From contig NW_021829562.1 in assembly GCF_006345805.1 (NCBI RefSeq), positions 1 through 6,032 of the forward strand: a stretch of 6,032 nucleotides of DNA, in the 5' to 3' direction. The stretch is from Octopus sinensis (taxonomy: Eukaryota). A program made the position numbers and the translations under genes. The stretch's first letter is position 1, and each line of letters starts with the position of its first letter. The notes under the pieces were generated by a model, which did not search any database, was not told the origin of the DNA, and saw only the letters and a list, made by a program, of their open reading frames with translations. Of the stretch, positions 1 to 6,032 are shown piece after piece.

Positions 1-79
1 CCAAACCAAACTCCAAATCTTTGTCATCATAGCACAGTTTTATGATATTTACAACTGTTTTTGTCTTTGTATAACTACG

Positions 80-95
80 CACACACACACACACA
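80..95. repeat. (CA)8 microsatellite
   Basis: cacacacacacacaca read directly; it lies just beyond the 3' tail of the minus-strand SINE. Confidence 0.95.
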
Positions 96-101
96 TGTGC
101 A

Positions 102-422
102 CTTTTTTTCTTTATTCTTTACCAGTTTCAGTCACTGGACTGCAGCTATGTTGGGGCACTGTATTCAAATGTTTTAGTCAATCAAATTCACCCTTGTATT
201 TATTTCAATCTGGTGCTTATTTTATTGAGCTCTATTTGTCAAATTACTAAGAAATGGGACATAAAAAGAACATAACAAACACAAAACACACACACACATC
301 AAAATTCCATTTGAAAAGTATTTTGTCTCACCCAATACAAGACACTTGGCAAATGTGCTACAGAATGGGATAGAACCCAGAACATCGTAGTTTAGAAGTG
401 AATATCTTAAGCACACAGCTAA
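102..422 (-). mobile_element. tRNA-derived SINE (family A), near full length, diverged
   Basis: Minus strand starts TAGCTGTGTGCTTAAG (A-box-like), then GGGTTCTATCCC (B-box-like, 367-378), a CORE-like GCACATTTGCCAAGTGTC, an internal (TG)n, and a 3' end ...CAGTGACTGAAACTGGTAAAGAATAAAGAAAAAAA. 339-376 aligns ungapped with 2569-2606 at 29/38. It resembles a common octopus SINE from memory; the family name is unverified. Confidence 0.75.
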
Positions 423-425
423 TGT

Positions 426-455
426 ATGCTAGCATGGAAAACTGAACAAAATGAA
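426..455 (+). mobile_element. Short remnant of SINE family B 3' tail
   Basis: ATGCTAGCATGGAAAAC (426-442) is an exact 17-bp reverse-complement match to 2741-2757 in the SINE at 2709-2895. Confidence 0.55.
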
Positions 456-1222
456 AAGAAAATAGTTTCAGTATTTGACAGTTTGTCCATTAATTCATTC
501 TTTAGGGTGTGGTGGGGTGGGGACAGAATAGAAACTTGAACAAATATTGAAAACATTGAAAACCTGTTATTTAGAGTTTCCGTATTTAAAGATAGGGAGG
601 TGGGATGTGGAACAGGGAAAGAGGTATGAAACTAGGAGGGGAGTTGAAGCTGGAAAAGAGCCATTAATTTCTCAGTTAATAATCTGTTGCTGTTAAATGT
701 TTGCAATTTTATCTCTGAGATAATCAAAATGCTATTAATAGACTACTGTACTCTGACTTAATTATGAAACTATTTGCTTACTACGATATTTAAAATAATA
801 CACACGCACACTGTTCTAAAAAAGTATAAACATTTTAACAGTTGAACACTCACTTAATTTTAAATGAAAGGAATAGACTGAACTTCTAACTTAACCCTTT
901 CGTTACTATATTTCTGACCAAAATACACCCCTTATGTGTTTCAATTAATTTCTAACATAATCATAAATTTAGTCTGGTTTCATTAACAAAAACCTATAAA
1001 TTTTTTATTTATCAATATATTAACGTGAATTTTGGAAGATAATTTAATGAAATGTTCTCAACCAATTCTATTCTATAATTTTTGTCACAAAGTGACTCTA
1101 ATTGCAGATAGATACAGGTAAATTCAAAATATAAAATTATTAAAATTTTGTTCAAACATCGCTATAGAAAATGGGTTATTAGCTAATATTTAATTGGGTA
1201 TACAACAAAATTTTACGATAGA

Positions 1223-1702
1223 ATTTGTTATTCTGGGTAACTTTCTGATACCCATAATAATATTTATGGCAAAATAGTCTTAATTTCATTTAAGGTTGTG
1301 GGAAACCACTAACTATCCTTTCTTTCGTTTTGTTTACATTTAGCGTAACGGTTCATTTCCACCGTAATGATTTCAAATAGGCTCATTCGAAAAAGTAAAA
1401 AGAAATAGTCTAAGGCTTTACTCTTCTGGGAAAGTCTGTGGCTTGGTCCAGTTTCTTCAGAAAAATCACCGAAAGAAACAGTTTTTAAATTTTCACTCTA
1501 TTCAGGTGCCAATTCATTTTCTTTATCGCTGCCGGAGCTCTCGGATTCACTGTTCTCACTTTCGGAAAATGAAACATCAGATTCATTATCAAATACCGGG
1601 TTCTTTTTTTTTTTCAGTCATAGAGTTAGATTTATGAAGGTCTTCAGTAGAAAATCCTTCGAATTCTGACTCGCTGCTTGATATAATGAAATTCGTATCC
1701 AT
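1223..1702 (-). pseudogene. Decayed piggyBac transposase, N-terminal ~160 codons (acidic N-terminus plus start of the DDE_Tnp_1_7-like domain)
   Basis: Hand translation: MDTNFIISSSESEFEGFSTEDLHKSNSMTEKKK / frameshift in an A11 run (1604-1614) / NPVFDNESDVSFSESENSESESSGSDKENELAPE*SENLKTVSFGDFSEETGPSHRLSQKSKALDYFFLLFRMSLFEIITVEMNRYAKCKQNERKDS*WFPTTLNEIK / frameshift near 1278 / YFAINIIMGIRKLPRITN. The GP..DYF.LF, E.NRYA, W.PTT..EIK and IIMGI.KLP motifs are typical of piggyBac/PGBD transposases. Stops at 1500-1498 and 1311-1309. Similarity ends near 1223; the catalytic core is absent. Confidence 0.88.
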
Positions 1703-1905
1703 TTTTTGTCAGAATTACAAATTTTGAAAACACAATAGGATCAAATTTCGGAAAAAAACCTCCCAAAATTCACGGAATTAAAATTACACTTCGATTTTTG
1801 TACAAAACTGTAGTTGAACTCTTTACGAAGTATAATACGTGTTTTCACGAATGTACTAAAGAGATTTGCTCTGATTTTCTCATTTAAATATGAATAGGTA
1901 AATAC

Positions 1906-1960
1906 GGGCGGCTTTGGGCGGCTTGGTCACATTAACCAAAATTTTTTTCGGGCGGTTTGG
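1906..1960. repeat. Three subterminal GGGCGG(C/T)TT direct repeats at the 5' end of the piggyBac element
   Basis: GGGCGGCTTT (1906-1915), GGGCGGCTTGG (1916-1926), GGGCGGTTTGG (1950-1960); not seen at the other end. Confidence 0.8.
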
Positions 1961-2132
1961 TAACGAAAGGGTTAAGACATTTATCCTAAAGTGCTGCTGG
2001 AATTTTAAAAACCTTGTCAGTGTTGAAAGATAATTTAAGAGGTTGTTTCAAACAGATCCACCTATGTGGGTTACCAATCATTCAAATTAGAGTTAAGTCT
2101 GAAGCAGATGGAATTGTTCAAAATGTCCACAA

Positions 2133-2251
2133 AAAGATATTCCAGCCACAGAAACCATGCCAAAGCAGACATTAGAGCTCAATGTTGTCTTCTGAGAAAA
2201 ACCATCCAACGCATGCCAATATGGAAGATGGATGTTAAATGATGATGATGA

Positions 2252-2252
<1 letters not shown>
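2133..2252 (+). mobile_element. SINE family B, 3' portion with (GAT)n tail, older copy
   Basis: 2198-2252 matches the reverse complement of 2718-2772 at 48/55. Upstream TCCAGCCACAGAAACCATGCC resembles TCCAGCTGTAGAAACTCTGCC. Ends in TTAAAT(GAT)4. Confidence 0.8.
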
Positions 2253-2282
<30 letters not shown>

Positions 2283-2300
2283 TGCATGCACACATACATA
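2253..2300. repeat. (CA)n microsatellite with degenerate CATG/CATA extension
   Basis: Read directly. Confidence 0.95.
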
Positions 2301-2302
2301 CA

Positions 2303-2606
2303 TTTTATCTTTTACTTCTTTCAGTCATGCTGGGACACTGCTTAGAAGTTTAATTGAATAAATCTATCCTAGTACTTATTACTTTTTTTTAAAACTTGGC
2401 ACTTATACTATTAGAATCTTTTTACTGAACTGCTAAGTTATAGGGACTAACACCAGTTATCAAACAGTGGTAGGATACAAGCATAAAGACACACACACAG
2501 CAGGCTTCTTTTGGTTTCTGTCTACCAAATCCATTCACAAGGCTTTGGTTGGCAAGGTGCTATAGTAGAAGACATTTGCCCAAGGTTCCACACAATGGGA
2601 CTGAAC
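2303..2606 (-). mobile_element. tRNA-derived SINE (family A), 5'-truncated at the B box
   Basis: Minus strand GTTCAGTCCCATTGTGTGGAACCTTGGGCAAATGTCTTCTACTATAG (B-box-like plus CORE-like CCTTGGGCAA), internal (TG)n, 3' ...GCATGACTGAAAGAAGTAAAAGATAAAA. Homologous to 102-422. Confidence 0.8.
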
Positions 2607-2708
2607 AAGAGTTGTAAAAAGATATTTGTCTATGTTATACATAGTGCAGTCATCTAATATAGAACTCAATATTTAAGGATGAGTAGAAAGATGTGCATGT
2701 GTGTATTT

Positions 2709-2895
2709 ATCATCATCATCATCATCATCATTTAACGTCCGTTTTCCATGCTAGCATGGGTTGGATGGTTTTGACTGAGGGCTGGCAACCAGATGGCTGC
2801 ACCAGGCTCCAGTCTTGATCTGGCAGAGTTTCTACAGCTGGATGCCCTTCCTAACGCCAACCACTCCAAGAGTGTAGTGGGTGCTTTTTACGTGC
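2709..2895 (-). mobile_element. SINE family B, 5'-truncated younger copy with (GAT)7 tail
   Basis: Minus strand GCACGTAAAAAGCACCCACTACACTCTTGGAGTGGTTGGCGTTAGGAAGGGCATCCAGCTGTAGAAAC...CATGCTAGCATGGAAAACGGACGTTAAAT(GAT)n. Two other copies occur in the window, and CpGs are retained. Confidence 0.85.
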
Positions 2896-2930
2896 ATACA
2901 TATGCACATACACATACATGTGACTGTGCA

Positions 2931-2933
<3 letters not shown>

Positions 2934-2966
<33 letters not shown>
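2934..2966. repeat. (TA)16 microsatellite
   Basis: Read directly. Confidence 0.97.
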
Positions 2967-2969
<3 letters not shown>

Positions 2970-3004
2970 CAAACTTACTTAGAAATGGATGCGTGCGTTT
3001 CATC

Positions 3005-3327
3005 ATATAATAAGTTAATAAATAAAACATATGCCATATATGTACGTAGTCGTGTCTTGCCTTTACCTTCGAAACGCAGAGTAGATGAAACAGAGGCGAC
3101 TGAAGAAGGGGAATTTTCCTTGTGTTGTATGTCCTGTACTCTATTTTTTTATTGTTTAAGAAAAATGTCCATTTCCTTGGTTTTGTGTTTATATTTTCGT
3201 TTCTCATTGTGTTCAACGTTTTTTTTGTGTCCCATACCCATATATGCATGTATATATACATGTAGATGTAGGTATGTACATATATCTATGTATATATGCA
3301 TATGTTTTATTTATTAATTTGTTATAT
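3005..3327. mobile_element. Unclassified ~320-bp element with 30-bp inverted ends (MITE-like, or a Penelope-like fragment)
   Basis: ATATAATAAGTTAATAAATAAAACATATGC (3005-3034) vs GCATATGTTTTATTTATTAATTTGTTATAT (3298-3327): 28/30 reverse-complement identity. The right end runs into (TA)n. Confidence 0.55.
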
Positions 3328-3405
3328 ATATATATATATATATATGCTTGTCTGTGTGTATGTGCATGTATATACACACGCACACACATATATATATATA
3401 TATAT
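3323..3405. repeat. Compound (TA)n / (TG)n / (CA)n / (TA)n microsatellite
   Basis: (TA)11 at 3323-3345 and (AT)9 at 3388-3405, with TG/CA runs between. Confidence 0.95.
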
Positions 3406-3610
3406 GTTTTGTAAGATTCTTGATGTGAAATCATGTGTTGAAACAAATATTGTTATATTTGGGGATGATTGTCTTTCGCCAGTTAAAAAACACACACACT
3501 ATTTATTTGATCTTACACACATTCCCATGCAAATATTATTTCTATAACCATTTCCTATCCTTTCTACTTGTTATATGTTAATTATCCAACAACTGCTAAC
3601 CATCTTGTAC

Positions 3611-3885
3611 AGAACAGTCTCAGGATCTTTTCCTTTTGATGGACGGAATTTCTAGTTAACTAAACAATTTGAAACTTTGTATACTGGTAGAATGTGTCAA
3701 AAGAAAACATTATTTTCACTTGGCTTTTTTGAGAAAATTGTAATTTGTAAGTTTAACGTAGTTTAATTCTTCAAATTTTAACCAATGAATTGCCAGCATT
3801 TGAGCTAAAATCATTTGCTGCGTTATCAATATTGATAAACAAAGGAGGAGGCATGTGCTAGAAATAACAGCCATATCTCTTAAAT
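3611..3885 (+). repeat. Left arm (275 bp) of a long inverted repeat
   Basis: Reverse complement of 4693-4957 with 4 substitutions, one 9-bp indel and one 1-bp indel. Confidence 0.97.
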
Positions 3886-4145
3886 CGATGAATTTCATTG
3901 CCCAATAAAAATATTAACGATATTTTTTGAATATTTTCTTTATTTTTTTTACCGAAAAGGCTTCTCCCATGGTTTTGAAGGGCCAAAAACAACAAAAACA
4001 AAACAATAATATGCTTAAATCGGTCTAGAGTGGGATATGAGGGTACGCGTGGAGTGTGGGTCGTATTGTAAAAATTTGCGAAATATTTTTTCATAAAAGG
4101 ATGCCCCAGCTTGTCGGAGGCTGTGATATAAATTAGGAAAAACAT

Positions 4146-4199
4146 CCTCGACACTAGTGCGTAATTGGTACTTAATTTATCGACCCCGAAACGATGAAA
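4146..4199 (-). mobile_element. SINE family C, central fragment
   Basis: Minus strand TTTCATCGTTTCGGGGTCGATAAATTAAGTACCAATTACGCACTAGTGTCGA resembles a common octopus SINE body (recalled). It shares TCGACAC(T/C)AGT(G/A)CG with 4314-4327. Confidence 0.6.
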
Positions 4200-4249
4200 C
4201 ATTGCCCCCCCCCTCATTTCTAGTTAATTTACCTTTTGTGTAAATTTGT

Positions 4250-4340
4250 TCTGGCAAGGGGAAAAACACAGAGGGGACAAAGCATGAGATACAAAAGTAT
4301 TAAGTCGATTCTATCGACACCAGTACGAACTCACGAACGT
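4250..4340 (-). mobile_element. SINE family C, 3' part with apparent internal deletion
   Basis: Minus strand ACGTTCGTGAGTT|CGTACTGGTGTCGATAGAATCGACTTAATACTTTTG...TTTGTCCCCTCTGTGTTTTTCCCCTTG; contains a GTCGA-N5-TCGAC hairpin (4304-4318). Family identity and the deletion rest on a recalled consensus. Confidence 0.55.
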
Positions 4341-4500
4341 GTATGTATGCTTGTGTGCGTATGTGTGTGTACGCTTATATATTAATTACTATGTGCTTGT
4401 GCAAATGTATATGCATGTGTTTGAGAGAGAGAGAGAGAGAGAGAGTGACAGAGAGTGTGTGTGTGTGTGTGCAAGTGTACGTGTGTATGTATCTGAATAT
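4341..4500. repeat. Compound microsatellite: degenerate (TG/TA)n, (GA)11 at 4423-4445, (GT)8 at 4455-4471
   Basis: Read directly. Confidence 0.95.
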
Positions 4501-4503
4501 ATG

Positions 4504-4576
4504 TGTGTATGCGGCATGCGTATATGTGTATGCGGCGTGCGTATATGCGTATAAGGCGTGCGTATATGCGTATAAG
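4504..4576. repeat. 21-bp minisatellite, about 3.5 units
   Basis: TGTGTATGCGGCATGCGTATA / TGTGTATGCGGCGTGCGTATA / TGCGTATAAGGCGTGCGTATA / TGCGTATAAG. Confidence 0.92.
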
Positions 4577-4692
4577 CATATATCTTTGTATATGTATACT
4601 TGTCTATGTGTGCGTGTGTATGTATATTTCTATATGCAGGCGCGCTTGTATATGCAAGTGTTTGTATGCGTGTGGGATCTTTTCCTTTTGAT

Positions 4693-4957
4693 ATTTAAGA
4701 GATATGGCTGTTATTTCTAGCACATGCCTTCTCCTTTGTTTATCAATATTGATAACGCAGCAAATGATTTTAGCTCAAATGCTGGCAATTCATTGGTTAA
4801 AATTTGAAGAATTAAACTACATTAAACTTACAAATTACAATTTTCTCAAAAAAGCCAAGTGAAAATAATGTTTTCTTTTACACATTCTACCAGTTTCAAA
4901 TTGTTTAGTTAACTAGAAATTCCGTCCATAAAAAGGAAAAGATCCTGATACTGTTCT
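4693..4957 (-). repeat. Right arm (265 bp) of the long inverted repeat
   Basis: Reverse complement of 3611-3885; 4 substitutions over about 265 aligned positions. Confidence 0.97.
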
Positions 4958-5022
4958 TTGCTGGTTAAAGAATTGTTGTACTAACATTTAGTATCCACTT
5001 GCCTGATATCTAAGTGTCTGTC

Positions 5023-5045
5023 AAAAAAAAAGAAGAAAAAAAAAA
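5023..5045 (+). repeat. A-rich tract (A9-GAAG-A10)
   Basis: Read directly. Confidence 0.9.
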
Positions 5046-5215
5046 CTTGTCTTTTTGTTGTCTATTTATCTGTCCACTCAGCCACTCATCACTCCACCTA
5101 CCCATCCATCTATCCATGTGTCCAATGTTTGTCTACTGAAACCTCATACTGTTAAATTAAGTTGAACTGGCAGCTGACCTGCTCACATTTGTAGACACAT
5201 TCTTCCATGGACATG

Positions 5216-5303
5216 CTCACACACACATACACCTACACATATGCACACACTCACACATCCACACCTACTCACATACGCATGCATCCTCACACACACACAC
5301 ACA
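5216..5303. repeat. Degenerate (CA)n low-complexity tract
   Basis: Read directly. Confidence 0.9.
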
Positions 5304-5584
5304 TGAAGTAATAGCAGAGTCCACCTGCTATGACTACTTGCAGCTGAAAAGTTCAGTGAAAATTCTTTAAATAACTTTCAGCAAATTCTTAACTCTCCCA
5401 TCTTATATTGCTATGATAATGTGTGTGTGCATGTAGGAGAGGAGAAATGAATGATGGAAGGATGGAGGGTGATAAACTGAATTGCATGAAATTCGGTCTG
5501 GGGAAAATGATTCTTATTTCAAAATGTCCTGTCATAGTAACTGTGGAAGTGAATGAGGTATTAAATCACCAGCTCATGTTTTGG

Positions 5585-5680
5585 TTTGTTTGTGTTTATG
5601 TACATATAGTGCATATGTTTGTCTGTATGTTCATATAGTGTATATGTATGTGTTTATGTATACACAATATGTAGTGTCTG
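5585..5680. repeat. Degenerate (TG/TA)n low-complexity tract
   Basis: Read directly. Confidence 0.85.
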
Positions 5681-5692
5681 ACATGTACACAG

Positions 5693-5836
5693 TTCTGTTA
5701 TGTGCCTCTGTTAAGCTGGAATAGGAAACAGTACATTAGATTACCTGGGAATTGTAGCAACACTGGTCTGAGCTATACAGATATTGACTTAACACTCAGA
5801 CCACTTGAGCTTAACAAGATGAGTAGGTCAGAGATG
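5693..5836 (+). CDS. Candidate internal coding exon (144 bp, phase 0/0) of an unidentified gene
   Basis: ACACAG|TTC...GAGATG|GTAATC boundaries; 48 stop-free codons FCYVPLLSWNRKQYIRLPGNCSNTGLSYTDIDLTLRPLELNKMSRSEM; 58/144 GC (40%), high complexity, no CpG; CTGAC branch-like motif at 5678-5682. The polypyrimidine tract is weak and I do not recognise the peptide. Confidence 0.45.
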
Positions 5837-6032
5837 GTAATCATAACTTTTTGGGGTTTTACTCCGAAATTGATGTAGTTGATGATCTTTAGGTAAATGA
5901 GTGCAGGCAAAGAATTCTAGAGAATCCCATGGAAGTGGGGAGGAATAACTGAGCAATGTGTGGGAGGTGTGAAACTATGAGGATGACAGGAGGAGGATGT
6001 GGTCCTGGAAGTTGGTTAATTCAGTAGATTGT

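Larger units (their letters stand above)
891..1975 (-). mobile_element. Non-autonomous, internally deleted piggyBac DNA transposon (element 895-1971, 1077 bp, plus TTAA TSDs)
   Basis: TTAA at 891-894 and 1972-1975; perfect 12-bp TIRs CCCTTTCGTTAC (895-906) / GTAACGAAAGGG (1960-1971). CCC termini with a TTAA target are piggyBac hallmarks, and a transposase remnant lies inside. Confidence 0.93.

Noticed and set aside
222-416. 64-aa minus-strand ORF
   Set aside because: Lies entirely within a SINE and crosses its (TG)n tract.
506-522. G-rich GGGTGTGGTGGGGTGGGG as a G-quadruplex
   Set aside because: Only three tracts of three or more G; weak and unremarkable.
621-639. 17/19 similarity to 5964-5982 (GAGGT.TGAAACTA.GAGG)
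   Set aside because: Does not extend; about one such match is expected by chance in 6 kb.
709-723. TTATCTC-T-GAGATAA palindrome
   Set aside because: Short, AT-rich and isolated, with no supporting context.
1443-1637. 64-aa plus-strand ORF
   Set aside because: Antisense shadow of the transposase remnant; no recognisable motifs.
2056-2175. 39-codon frame after AAACAG (IHLCGLPIIQIRVKSEADG...)
   Set aside because: No donor site; it runs into a SINE and stops there.
3066-3122. Hammerhead-ribozyme core words GAAAC (3071-3075) and CTGAAGA (3100-3106)
   Set aside because: The order is permuted, stem I cannot form, stem II would start with an A-C mismatch, and no GAAA follows the downstream hairpin. 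At most a decayed half of a Penelope-type minimal hammerhead; an Infernal search of full-length family copies would settle it.
2851-3547. Four overlapping ORFs of 77-136 aa
   Set aside because: YI/VC/HT dipeptide runs come from microsatellites; the shared YNKLINKTYA only reflects the 30-bp inverted repeat.
3716-4217. 60-aa and 119-aa minus-strand ORFs
   Set aside because: They cross SINE, spacer and arm junctions, have no recognisable domain, and the right arm does not preserve the same start.
4216-4227. ATTTCTAGTTAA identical to 3648-3659 as a second templated insert
   Set aside because: A 12-bp AT-rich match is plausible by chance and is not at an established breakpoint.
4339-4720. Four ORFs of 62-125 aa
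   Set aside because: Translations of (GA)n, (GT)n and the 21-bp minisatellite.
5423-5638. 71-aa plus-strand ORF
   Set aside because: Begins and ends in TG-rich low-complexity DNA; no motif or convincing splice signals.
1-6032. CRISPR array, tRNA/rRNA genes, prokaryotic operon
   Set aside because: No regularly spaced repeats with unique spacers. The tRNA-like A/B boxes belong to SINE heads without a full cloverleaf, and the sequence is clearly eukaryotic repeat-rich DNA.

Overview
AT-rich, microsatellite-dense eukaryotic DNA with no intact gene. The SINE families match my recollection of Octopus repeats, so the taxon is an inference, not a search result. Contents: (1) a TTAA-flanked, internally deleted piggyBac element (895-1971) carrying a decayed 5' part of its transposase on the minus strand; (2) copies or fragments of about three SINE families; (3) a small element with 30-bp inverted ends beside (TA)n arrays; (4) a near-perfect inverted duplication of about 270 bp (3611-3885 / 4693-4957) around a CpG-rich mosaic spacer, with an 18-bp templated junction, a decayed outer extension and a possible target-site duplication; (5) one candidate 144-bp phase-0/0 coding exon (5693-5836, +) of an unidentified gene, which would make most of the window intronic. 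None of the supplied ORFs looks like a real protein. All counts and alignments were done by hand.
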